A stretch of 64,000 nt of DNA from an uncultured bacterium. GTDB taxonomy: Bacteria; Arandabacterota; Arandabacteria; Arandabacterales; Arandabacteraceae. Both the position numbers and the translations under genes were made by a program. The notes beneath the pieces were generated by a model that was not told the origin of the DNA, did no database searches, and was given only the letters and a program-made list of their open reading frames with translations. This document shows positions 55,493 to 64,000 of this stretch, one piece after another; positions within the stretch are counted from its first letter, which is position 1, and the number at the start of each line of letters is the position of its first letter. The stretch lies in assembly GCA_964598025.1 (NCBI GenBank), contig CAZRAU010000004.1, positions 10,006 through 74,005 of the forward strand, written 5' to 3'.

Positions 55493-56959
55493 ATGAATAG
55501 ACGAGAATTCAACAAGATTGCCGGCGCGTTCGGAGGCCTGCTGATCGCAAAACCCTGGCAGGTCTTGGCCAGGACGGGCTCCGGGACGTATGATATCTCT
55601 TATATCTGGCATTCCGACCTGGAAGCCGCCCTGGATTACATGGAGCAGGTCGGGCAGGTTCTCGGCCCGGACGTGCGGCGACGCCTCAGGATCGTGCGTG
55701 GGGGGGCGGGCAACTACGGAGTGATCTTCGACTGTGACGTGCGCGCGCCCTCTGAGGCTGAGGTCACCGCACGGGAACACTCCGGGCCGCTCGAGGAAAT
55801 CGGTCTGGAGCCGGCGGCTGTAATCGAGGACACCGGTTATGAAGAGCTCTATAACATCGTCTATGGGAAGGGCCCGAATCTCGCGGCGCACAAAAGCAAT
55901 TTCGAGACCGTGTCATCCCGGCTCGGTCCCAATGTCAAGAAACGGCTGGTCATAGAGGAGACACCTGACAGGCAGTATGCGCTGGTCTACAAGTGCTACG
56001 GCGACCGCAGGTCCATTCTGGATGTCGCCAAACGTCATGAGGAGGGCCTCAAGGGAACCGGTATCTCGGTCAGCTTCATCCGTGAGAACAATAACGACGT
56101 AGTCTTCGGCGAATCGTCGTTTATCGATGAAGCCATGAACGAAGAGGAACCGACCACCCGGACCATCGCGCGTATAGAATCGGACCTGGAGCAGGAGATC
56201 CAGCATTACATCGGCAGCCTCCGCAGGGAAGGCGTTATTCCTTGGGACGAACAGACCTCCTGGTCGGTCTACGATTTCACGAGTAACACCAAGCTCGTGA
56301 CAATCAATGAGGATGTCCCTCGCCAGGCTGCAAGCATGATAAAACCCTTTGTCGCGCTCGCCTTCCTTCACAAGACCAGATACGGCTCGTTGATTTACGG
56401 CCCGAAGAGCAAGTCCCTGATGCAACGGATGATCCAGCATAGCGACAACAGCGCCACCAACGCCTTGATCGATTCCTTGAATGGGCCGAGGGCCGTTCAA
56501 CGGGTCCTCACCGAGAATTACCCCGGGATATTCCGCGAGACCAGGATTGTTGAAAAGATACCCTACGGAGGAAGGACCTACCGCAACCAGGCCTCCGCCC
56601 ACGATTATAGCAGGTTCCTATACGCCCTTTGGAACGACCGGCTGCCCCTCGCCAAGGAACTGAGAAGACTCATGGCACTGCCCAACCGGGACAGGCTCTA
56701 TGACGGGGTGCCGAACATACCCATCGGGACGCTGGTCTACCACAAGACCGGAACCACCTCTTGCCTGTGCGGTGACTTCGGGATCCTGGCCCCCAAGGAC
56801 AAGAACGGAAAACGGTATCCCTATACCGTGGTGGCGATCGTGGAAAAGGCAAACCGAACCAAGAGCCTGAGCCGATGGATAGACTCACGCGGCAATATCA
56901 TCCGAAAGGTATCAGGCATGGTCTACGACGCTCTGAAAACCAAGTACTGCCTGGCATAG
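55493..56959 (+). CDS. Tat-signal secreted protein: two N-terminal repeats of about 90 aa (SPOR-like, tentative) plus a class-A beta-lactamase / DD-peptidase-fold domain
   Basis: Twin-arginine motif NRREFNK. An internal duplication (LGPDVRRRLRIVRG...YGVIFDC and LGPNVKKRLVIEE...YALVYKC). The C-terminal domain has SMIK (SxxK), SDN and KTG motifs. Confidence 0.5.
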   Translation: MNRREFNKIAGAFGGLLIAKPWQVLARTGSGTYDISYIWHSDLEAALDYMEQVGQVLGPDVRRRLRIVRGGAGNYGVIFDCDVRAPSEAEVTAREHSGPLEEIGLEPAAVIEDTGYEELYNIVYGKGPNLAAHKSNFETVSSRLGPNVKKRLVIEETPDRQYALVYKCYGDRRSILDVAKRHEEGLKGTGISVSFIRENNNDVVFGESSFIDEAMNEEEPTTRTIARIESDLEQEIQHYIGSLRREGVIPWDEQTSWSVYDFTSNTKLVTINEDVPRQAASMIKPFVALAFLHKTRYGSLIYGPKSKSLMQRMIQHSDNSATNALIDSLNGPRAVQRVLTENYPGIFRETRIVEKIPYGGRTYRNQASAHDYSRFLYALWNDRLPLAKELRRLMALPNRDRLYDGVPNIPIGTLVYHKTGTTSCLCGDFGILAPKDKNGKRYPYTVVAIVEKANRTKSLSRWIDSRGNIIRKVSGMVYDALKTKYCLA

Positions 56960-57103
56960 CACAGGCCCCTCCGGCCTCAATTGGCTTGACAGTCCATGCC
57001 CCGGCGTGATAACCGTTGCTTGGTCGCCGTAGGCCTGGGGTCTGACATGCTTGCCGGCAGAACGATCCCGGGCTCAGCGTGCCGGACAACAGGGAGGCAA
57101 AGC

Positions 57104-57808
57104 GTGAAGTCAACATGCCTTTTCTTGCTCATCCTGGCCGTGGCGTCAACCGGCGCAACGGCCCAATCGGGATTCACCGGACGGCCGATCACCACCAACG
57201 CCTTCGGGCAGACGGGTTACACGCTCCACAAGAACGAGTTCGCTATCGGGCTGGGGCCCATAGCGTTCGGGATCGCGGAGAACGTCCAGCTCGAGACCAA
57301 CTTGCTCCTCTGGGCGTTCCAGGTGTATAACATCGATGCCAAGGCGTCCCTGATGAAGAACGACGATCGAGCCCTCGCCATCGGGCTTAGTGCTTACAGA
57401 CTTGCCCTCGATCTTAAGGACTCGGACGGCGGGAACGACTTCGGGTTCACGGCCCTGGCCCCCTATGCGTCTTTCAGTACGCGTCTGAGTGAAAGCACTA
57501 TGGCCCACATTGGCGGGCAGTATGCTCACTGGACGGCCGAGGACGACAATACCGATATCGATGACGCAGAAGCCACCGGCTCGGCAAGCGGGACCAGCTT
57601 TTTCGCCGGCATAGAGCACAATCTGAGCAATCGTACCAAGGTGCTTCTGGACGGCGGCTACGACGCCACATTCGAAGGCGCCCGGATAAGCGGCGCCTTT
57701 CTCTTTGGCTGGCAGCAATTCCGCTTGAAGTTGGGCTTGAGCTACTTCACGGCCGGGGATGGTTTCACGTTTCCCTTGATCGGTCTCTGGTGGCGTTTCG
57801 AGGCATAA
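57104..57808 (+). CDS. Probable outer-membrane beta-barrel protein (234 aa), GTG start
   Basis: RBS GGGAGG 7 nt upstream of the GTG, a signal peptide, alternating amphipathic strands, and a C-terminal WWRFEA. Confidence 0.35.
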   Translation: MKSTCLFLLILAVASTGATAQSGFTGRPITTNAFGQTGYTLHKNEFAIGLGPIAFGIAENVQLETNLLLWAFQVYNIDAKASLMKNDDRALAIGLSAYRLALDLKDSDGGNDFGFTALAPYASFSTRLSESTMAHIGGQYAHWTAEDDNTDIDDAEATGSASGTSFFAGIEHNLSNRTKVLLDGGYDATFEGARISGAFLFGWQQFRLKLGLSYFTAGDGFTFPLIGLWWRFEA

Positions 57809-57961
57809 GCGAGCCGGGCAGGGCAGGAGACCGAGGTTGGCGTGGGCGGCCGTATCATCATGGTCGCAGGGGCGCGGCTTGATTAACCGTTTACCTGACC
57901 CGTGCTTTCTGGTATAATACAGTATAGACATAGCCGGAATACGAAGATCGGTGTGAGTGAT

Positions 57962-59809
57962 ATGCTATCCAAGATTGCTTTCTATGTCGGGGTCGCCTGT
58001 CTGGCTATGGTTCTCTTTTCCGGGGCCACCGCGGCTACTCTCAAGATCCACTGCCTGGATGTCGGCCAGGGTGATTGCACGCTGATAGTCTCCCCCACAG
58101 GCGGTACTTTTCTCTTCGATGCCGGCGAGAACGGCAAGGGTAACCAGGTCGTCGTACCTTATCTGCAGAGCTGCAGCTTCCAGGCACTCGACTATATCGG
58201 AGCCTCACACTATCACTCGGACCATATAGGCGGCATAGACGAAGTCGTCAGCCAACTCGGGATCGATTCGGTGCGGATCGCCGTCCTGGACCGCGGCTGG
58301 TCGTATACGACCCCGACTTACGATGATTACGCCGCCGCCGTGGCCGCCAAGCGGACCACCATAACCGACGGCCAGGTCATAGACCTGGGCGGCGGGGTCA
58401 CAATCAAGTGTCTGGCCGTAAACGGCAATGGCGTGCTTTCTCCACCCTTTGATGACACCTATGATGAAAACGATCTATGCGTAGCCCTGCTTGTCAGCTA
58501 CCTCGATTTCGACTTCTTCGTGGCCGGCGACCTGCCGGGAGTCAATAGCTCTTTGTACCACGATATCGAGACATCGGTTGCCTTCGAGGCCGGGGCTGTC
58601 GAGGTGTACCAGGTCGACCACCACGGCAGCAGCAGCAGTTCCAATGCCGCTCTCGTGTCCGCGCTGTTGCCACAGGTGTCCATCATATCTGTAGGTGACG
58701 GGAATTCCTACGGCCATCCACACCAACCCACAATAGACCGGCTGGTTGCCTACGGCAGCTATATCTACCAGACCGAAACGGGGTCGGGGGGAACGATTCC
58801 CACAGGGTGCGGCGAGGTGGTCAACGACAACATAGTGATAGAGGTCGATTCCTCTTACTACAGTGTTAACGTAACGGATATCTATGAGCTCCGTGATGAC
58901 GCAATACCGATAAGCGATGTGAACGAAGACGACACCTACGGTGAGCCGACCCTGTTGGGTCAGGTGGTAAGCATAAGGGGTATAGCTACGGTCGCCACGG
59001 GGACTTTCTCGGCAGCGGACAACGACATCTTCTTGCAGGATGCTACAGGCGGCGTGAACGTATTCAGATCGGGCAACATGACGCCTGCCGTATCGGTGGG
59101 GGACAGCCTCAAGGTCACGGGGTTGGTGGATGTCTATGCGGGCCTTACCCGAATCACGAGCCCGAATATCAATATCGAGGCCGTGGGGATGGAGGCACCC
59201 GATCCGATCCTTGTAACCACAGACGCCATAGATAGCGACGGCGAGTCATACGAGGGCTCGCTCGTCAAGATCACCCGATGCGCCATCACAGGCGGCACGT
59301 GGCCGGCCGAAGGCTCGAACGGGACCCTGACCATAGACGACGGCAGCGGTGGGTGTACGCTCTTCATAGACAAAGACACCGACATAGACGGAACCACCCA
59401 ACCTGACACCACATTCGACCTGGTCGGCATCGCGAGCCAGTACGATCCATCCTGGCCTTACCATGCAGGGCACAGGATTGTGCCACGCTCCACCGCTGAC
59501 CTGGGTCCCTTCGCCGGCGTGATCCCCCAACTGGTCCATGCGACGGCCATCGTGAGCGTGCTCCCGAACCCGACGCGCAAGCAGCTGCGTATGGCCTTTG
59601 CCGAGGAGATCGCCGAGAGCCACAAGCGCCTCACGCTCTATGACACCGCCGGACGAAAGCTGGGTGAGACCTTCTCAGGTCCCGGCACCAAGACCATCGA
59701 GATCGACCTCAAGACTCTTTGCGGATATGAGATCCCTTGCGGCATCTATTTCGCCACCGTCACTACCCCCGAGCACAGGGCAACCGTGAAGATCGTGGTC
59801 ACCCGGTAG
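57962..59809 (+). CDS. Secreted metallo-beta-lactamase-fold (ComEC/Rec2-like) hydrolase with an OB-fold-like region and a T9SS C-terminal domain. Possible extracellular nuclease
   Basis: Signal peptide. Metal-binding motifs HCLDVGQGDC...SHYHSDHIGG...VDHHGS. A mid-region similar to OB-folds of extracellular nucleases. C-terminus VLPNPTRKQLRMAF...LTLYDTAGRKL...GIYFATV...KIVVTR. Confidence 0.6.
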   Translation: MLSKIAFYVGVACLAMVLFSGATAATLKIHCLDVGQGDCTLIVSPTGGTFLFDAGENGKGNQVVVPYLQSCSFQALDYIGASHYHSDHIGGIDEVVSQLGIDSVRIAVLDRGWSYTTPTYDDYAAAVAAKRTTITDGQVIDLGGGVTIKCLAVNGNGVLSPPFDDTYDENDLCVALLVSYLDFDFFVAGDLPGVNSSLYHDIETSVAFEAGAVEVYQVDHHGSSSSSNAALVSALLPQVSIISVGDGNSYGHPHQPTIDRLVAYGSYIYQTETGSGGTIPTGCGEVVNDNIVIEVDSSYYSVNVTDIYELRDDAIPISDVNEDDTYGEPTLLGQVVSIRGIATVATGTFSAADNDIFLQDATGGVNVFRSGNMTPAVSVGDSLKVTGLVDVYAGLTRITSPNINIEAVGMEAPDPILVTTDAIDSDGESYEGSLVKITRCAITGGTWPAEGSNGTLTIDDGSGGCTLFIDKDTDIDGTTQPDTTFDLVGIASQYDPSWPYHAGHRIVPRSTADLGPFAGVIPQLVHATAIVSVLPNPTRKQLRMAFAEEIAESHKRLTLYDTAGRKLGETFSGPGTKTIEIDLKTLCGYEIPCGIYFATVTTPEHRATVKIVVTR

Positions 59810-60084
59810 GGTCTTCGCCGGACGTTCCCGCCGACCGGGAGTCCCCACAGTCTTCCCCAAAACGGCGAAATCCCCCTGTCCCACTTAGAAATCACCGTAA
59901 TCCATTGAAGCCAGATCAGTGCGAGAAGCAGAAATCACTTTTCGGGGAAACTCCTGAGGTTTTGACCCCTTGACAACTGCGACTTTTCGGGTAATCTATC
60001 AAGTACAGCGTCGATTCCCCCTGTTTGGCTGGTGTATCTCTTTGCGCGTTTCTCCGACTCGTTCCCCTGAGGAGGTTGCAAAGC

Positions 60085-62013
60085 ATGCATGCGGCACGAA
60101 TAAGCAGTCTGGTCTTAGTCGTTCTTATGCTCAAGGCCCTCACTGCTGCCGGAGCTGAAATCCATCAGGCCGTCATCGACGGGAACGTGGAGCGCGTGGC
60201 CGAGCTCCTCAAGGCCGATCCGGGTCTGGCCATGGTACCGGATGAGAACGACCGGTTCAGCAGCCTGCCCCTTCACCTGGCGGCAATACACGGGCATGTC
60301 GATATCGCCGAGCTCCTGCTGAGGGCGGGGGCCGACGTAGACTGCGGCGACAGCGATGAGAGCACTCCCCTCCACAATGCGGGCCTCAATCGGCATCCCG
60401 AGATGCTGGCGTTTCTCCTTGAAAACGGGGCCGACGTCAATCGCCGGGACAGAAACGGAGCATATTCGTTGAGCTTCGCCGCTTCAGGAGGCGACAGCAC
60501 CTGCGTCCGGATGGTTCTGGATGCCGGGGCGGATCTCAACTACTGGCACCCCCAGGGCTTCACCCTGCTCCACTTCGCCTGCTCCCGCAACCTCTACGAC
60601 CTGTTCGACAGACTCATCGCACATGGTGTGGACATAAATGCCGCTACCCAAACCGGGACAGCCCCACTGCACTGGGCCGCCCTTCGTGCGGACGCCGCGA
60701 TGCTCAATGCGATGCTCGATGCCGGGGCAGATCCCTCGCCGGCCGATGAGCACGGCCAGACACCACTAATGGGCGTGAGCTTCGGGGGCAACATCGAAGC
60801 TGCCCGAGTCCTGCTTTCCCGGGGTGCCGATCCCAATGCCGCCGACGAGAACGGTTACACTCCGCTTCACGCCGCCTGCCGCGGAGCAGGCGCGGAGTAC
60901 GTTAAGCTTCTTCTTGACTCCGGTGGCGACGCCAATATGGCGAATCAACGCGGCCAGACAGCTCTTTCCATTGCCGTCGAGGCCGGCGACCCGGATGTCG
61001 TCGAAGCCCTTCTCGTAGCAGGAGCCGATACGAATGTGGCGGAGGCCAACTTCGGATGGTGCCCGCTCCACACGGCCGCGACTCAGGGCTACTCAGATGT
61101 GGCCCGGTGCCTGCTCGAGCACGGAGCACGCGTAAGCTGCGAGGCCAAGGACCGCTCTACGCCGCTCGATCTGGCGGTGCGCTACGGAAACCGGACGGTA
61201 GCAGATGTCTTGCTGGCGCGGGGCGCGGCCGGTTCCACCTCAGGCATTGACGCGCCCACGCTTGCCGGCCAGGGGGATTGCGCCGTGGGAGAAGCGGTTG
61301 TCTGGTACCTCAATCACAGCGGGTGGGCCGTGAAGACACGTGACCACTTCCTCATTTTTGATTACTTCAACCCGGGCCGCGCACCCGAAGAGCCCGGCCT
61401 GTGCAATGGGTGCATCGAGCCTTCAGAAATCGCCGGGGAGCATGTGACGGTGTTCGTGACCCACGAGCACGGAGACCATTATGACCCGGCAATCTTCGAA
61501 TGGCAGGAGACCCTCCCGAACGTCACTTATGTGCTCGGCTGCCCGATCCAGGAGGAATATCCCCACATCTTTATGGAGGGCCGGCAAGAACGCGAAATAG
61601 ACGGGATGAAAGTCACCACCATAGAATCCAACGATACGGGCGTGGGTTACCTTATCGAGGTCGATGGCCTGGTGATATTCCATGCCGGGGATCATGCCAA
61701 CCGTCACCAGGATTTCTCTGGTCCTTTCAAGGCCGAGATAGCCTATCTTGAGCAAAAGAGCGTGAGGCCGGACATAGCCTTCATGCCCATATCCGGCTGC
61801 GGTTTCGGCGATCAGGTTGCCGTCAAGATGGGGGTCTATCATGCCCTGGATGCGCTGAAGCCTCTGGTATTCCTGCCCATGCATGCAGGCGGCGGGGAGT
61901 TCCGCTATCACGAGTTCATAACCGACGCCAAACAGGAGTTCCCTGATATAGAAATGCGCGCTCCAAAAGCCAGCGGCGACCACTTCCGCTACCGCGACGG
62001 CGGCATAAGCTGA
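60085..62013 (+). CDS. Secreted ankyrin-repeat protein (about 11 repeats) fused to a C-terminal MBL-fold domain
   Basis: RBS GAGGAGG and a signal peptide. Repeated TPLHxAxxxGH modules. The MBL domain has motifs THEHGDHYD and HAGDH. Confidence 0.7.
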   Translation: MHAARISSLVLVVLMLKALTAAGAEIHQAVIDGNVERVAELLKADPGLAMVPDENDRFSSLPLHLAAIHGHVDIAELLLRAGADVDCGDSDESTPLHNAGLNRHPEMLAFLLENGADVNRRDRNGAYSLSFAASGGDSTCVRMVLDAGADLNYWHPQGFTLLHFACSRNLYDLFDRLIAHGVDINAATQTGTAPLHWAALRADAAMLNAMLDAGADPSPADEHGQTPLMGVSFGGNIEAARVLLSRGADPNAADENGYTPLHAACRGAGAEYVKLLLDSGGDANMANQRGQTALSIAVEAGDPDVVEALLVAGADTNVAEANFGWCPLHTAATQGYSDVARCLLEHGARVSCEAKDRSTPLDLAVRYGNRTVADVLLARGAAGSTSGIDAPTLAGQGDCAVGEAVVWYLNHSGWAVKTRDHFLIFDYFNPGRAPEEPGLCNGCIEPSEIAGEHVTVFVTHEHGDHYDPAIFEWQETLPNVTYVLGCPIQEEYPHIFMEGRQEREIDGMKVTTIESNDTGVGYLIEVDGLVIFHAGDHANRHQDFSGPFKAEIAYLEQKSVRPDIAFMPISGCGFGDQVAVKMGVYHALDALKPLVFLPMHAGGGEFRYHEFITDAKQEFPDIEMRAPKASGDHFRYRDGGIS

Positions 62014-62294
62014 CAGGGAAAGCGACGGGCACTTAACGGTAACGTATTTCGAGGCCCGCCTATGTATGGCTGAAACGGCGGTATGGCGACCCCACGTTCC
62101 AGGCCCACGTATCGGCGGGCCCCCATCTATTCAATATTCCTCCCCATAGCGTTGTCACTCTTGTGGCGACGGGTGGCTGCTGCGCTCACCGCTCGCTCGC
62201 TGTTCAGCACGACATTCACTGCTCCGCGCGCGGTTTCGCTCCGCCCCATTGGCCTAGCGCAGCCACTCCTGTGGCAACGAATCGTCGGTATAAC

Positions 62295-62314
62295 GTCGGG
62301 GTTCCACCCCCGAC
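62295..62314. repeat. REP-like palindromic element, type I, inverted orientation (GTCGGGGTTCCACCCCCGAC)
   Basis: Exact reverse complement of the 17626 and 17730 elements. The surrounding stretch of about 150 nt (62160..62320) also matches 17600..17740 in inverted orientation (GGAGCAGTGAATGT.GTGCTGAACAGCGA). Confidence 0.55.
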
Positions 62315-62420
62315 GACCCGTCGTGGCAGAAGTCACGATGCTACTTCGTGGATATCGGCAGGGAACTCCAGGACGTGACCATCACCCGCACCAACCAAAG
62401 CGACCTTTGACGGCCTGGAC

Positions 62421-63290
62421 TCAGAAGATTGTCTTAAGGTGGTTGTACTTCGCCTCCAACTTGGTGGCATCCGGGAGGTTCCGCTTGTACCCATAGAGTG
62501 CCTGTTCCCAGGATCCATACATGGGATTCGGAAGGATGATCCACTTTCTACCCCAGTAATCCGAGTACCGTCCGGCTGCCTCGACGCGTTTCTCCAGAGG
62601 GAGTTCGCCAAGGTATGCGAAATCGTTGTAGTCATCTCCGATGAGAAGGAGCACCCGGTGCCCCGCTGCCACATAGGCTCTTCTCGAGGTCTTGTCGGAA
62701 GTCCACCCCTCCATCTCTCCCCTGCTCAACACGTTTTCGGCGGTGACCGCAGGCCCGAACCGGTCTCGCAGGTTCCGGACAGTGGGCCCCTCGATGGCAT
62801 TGTCCCTGTTGGTCACGAAGAAGACCGCGACTCCGTTATCAAGAGCGTACTGAACGAACTCTATAGCCCCGGGGACGGCGCCGGCACGCGCCTGCTGCGT
62901 CCAGGCATACCACAGGGGCTTATTGTATTCCGCGGTCTCCCGGATCAGCATGGCTTCAAAGGGAGAATTATCCAGAACGGTCTCGTCCACATCCAGAATC
63001 ACGGCCGGCGGCAGGCTTCCGTAATCCCCGGTCTGCTCCAATGCGGCGGTCCAATTAGGATTCGACATCCCCTCATCGAGATTCCGCTCTGCCAGCCGGT
63101 AGATCTGCCGACATGCGAACTCATACTCTGCCGATGCCTGTACCCAGAGCACCGCGTTCAGAAGCTCGTGAGTCTCACGCGCTGTTTGCTCAGGGATGGT
63201 TGCGGCCTGGCGACCCGCACATCCGGCAAAAAGGGCCGCAGAAAGCATGACAGTTATTACCACAGTTATCCAACGATTGCGTAAGACCAT
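62421..63290 (-). CDS. Lipoprotein acid phosphatase, HAD superfamily class B / e(P4) 5'-nucleotidase family
   Basis: LFAGCAG lipobox. ILDVDETVLDNSPF (DxDxT). C-terminal HAD motifs VFFVTNRD and GDDYNDF. Confidence 0.7.
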   Translation of the reverse strand: MVLRNRWITVVITVMLSAALFAGCAGRQAATIPEQTARETHELLNAVLWVQASAEYEFACRQIYRLAERNLDEGMSNPNWTAALEQTGDYGSLPPAVILDVDETVLDNSPFEAMLIRETAEYNKPLWYAWTQQARAGAVPGAIEFVQYALDNGVAVFFVTNRDNAIEGPTVRNLRDRFGPAVTAENVLSRGEMEGWTSDKTSRRAYVAAGHRVLLLIGDDYNDFAYLGELPLEKRVEAAGRYSDYWGRKWIILPNPMYGSWEQALYGYKRNLPDATKLEAKYNHLKTIF

Positions 63291-63599
63291 GCGTCGACCT
63301 CCCTCGTTAGCATTCGCATAGAGATTGCCACGTCTCGCGGCACCCCGCAATGGAAAAGGATGGCCTGCTCGGGGATATCCGCGAGATCGATATGGTGTAT
63401 TCCATTGTGCTCACCCCATCACCATGACTTTGCCCGAATTCCGAGCAAGCGTCAATGGAGAGCCCCCATACGCGGTATCAGTGGTGCAATCTCGGTTTTG
63501 TGGAGCGGGTCGATTCCGACAGGAAACGACTTATGGAGGTTCTTTCCCGGGCAAGCGGCATCTTCACCGCTAATACAACTTCACCGATCTCCCAGTAGG

Positions 63600-64000
63600 C
63601 TAGTTCAGGAGCTTACGCGTATCGCCAGGGGATTGGGCTTCCGACAGGCGACGGTCATCTCCAGGAAGCGGGTAGCGGGCCAACACATCCCGTTTCCGTG
63701 AAGATGATCGGACAAACTCGGTGATGACGAGAATCCATACAAACAGCAGAAGAAACAGCCAAATGTACTCGTTGACTGGTGCCAATCGCTCCAGAGCATC
63801 TGCAGCGAAGCCTTCCAAGAGTTCCCCAAGGGCAACAAGCGTTCCCCCTATGCCCACCAGACAGAACAAAGCTACCCGCCTCCAATCTGTCGGTCTGCCA
63901 CCAGAAATCCGGCCTTGATTGGCATCAACAACGATCTCACCAACGGTTCCTTCATACTTGTATCCTATAACCCAGAACGGTGTGTATACCCGAGATACAT
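63600..64000 (-). CDS. C-terminal part of a hypothetical membrane protein. The gene continues beyond the window end
   Basis: An open frame with no stop runs from the window edge to 63600. It has two hydrophobic helices (LFCLVGIGGTLVALG, YIWLFLLLFVWILVI). Confidence 0.3.
   Translation of the reverse strand, partial: VSRVYTPFWVIGYKYEGTVGEIVVDANQGRISGGRPTDWRRVALFCLVGIGGTLVALGELLEGFAADALERLAPVNEYIWLFLLLFVWILVITEFVRSSSRKRDVLARYPLPGDDRRLSEAQSPGDTRKLLN

Overview
This 64 kb window is high-GC (roughly 60-65%) and gene-dense. It most likely comes from an uncultivated anaerobic bacterium of the Fibrobacterota-Chlorobiota-Bacteroidota (FCB) group or a related lineage, because several secreted proteins end in a type IX secretion system (T9SS) C-terminal sorting domain. 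I counted about 50 protein-coding genes. I found no rRNA and no CRISPR array. I could not scan reliably for tRNA genes by eye, so their absence is not established.

Main contents, in order along the window:
- The 5' end (1-2100) is lower in GC and holds decayed mobile-element remnants: a large serine recombinase tail with in-frame stops, an orphan T9SS C-terminal domain fragment and a truncated Dam-like methyltransferase N-terminus.
- T9SS cargo proteins are present: a gingipain-like peptidase, a GH31 glycosidase and a metallo-beta-lactamase-fold (MBL) protein.
- Four paralogous membrane-anchored sulfatase-fold genes carry Thr where sulfatases have the formylglycine Cys/Ser. One is fused to TPR repeats, and a fifth copy survives only as an inverted fragment.
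- An ABC transporter pair (FtsX permease plus ATPase) sits immediately upstream of a lipoprotein rhodanese. That rhodanese has an in-frame TGA exactly at the catalytic position and a hairpin 13 nt downstream, so it is a candidate selenoprotein.
- Butyrate kinase and a two-subunit 2-oxoacid:ferredoxin oxidoreductase indicate fermentative metabolism.
- A REC-histidine kinase gene is translationally coupled to an acetate kinase fused to a C-terminal receiver domain. I consider this the most unusual module.
- A histidine kinase, an NtrC-type sigma-54 regulator and a radical SAM/SPASM enzyme form an apparent operon.
- A three-gene NuoE/NuoF/NuoG-like flavin-bifurcation complex resembles the Sporomusa StnABC / NfnABC enzymes. 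Its large subunit carries an inserted GltD-like domain, and a receiver + 2x Lrp/AsnC-type ligand-binding (RAM) domain regulator lies just upstream.
- Near the 3' end are a Tat-signal class-A beta-lactamase-fold protein, an ankyrin-repeat-MBL protein and an e(P4)-type acid phosphatase.

Non-coding DNA carries at least two families of short palindromic (REP-like) repeats, including distant inverted copies, and a conserved TTGAATTCAA palindromic motif found twice.

Many long ORFs in the track lie antisense to clearly homologous genes and are high-GC artefacts.
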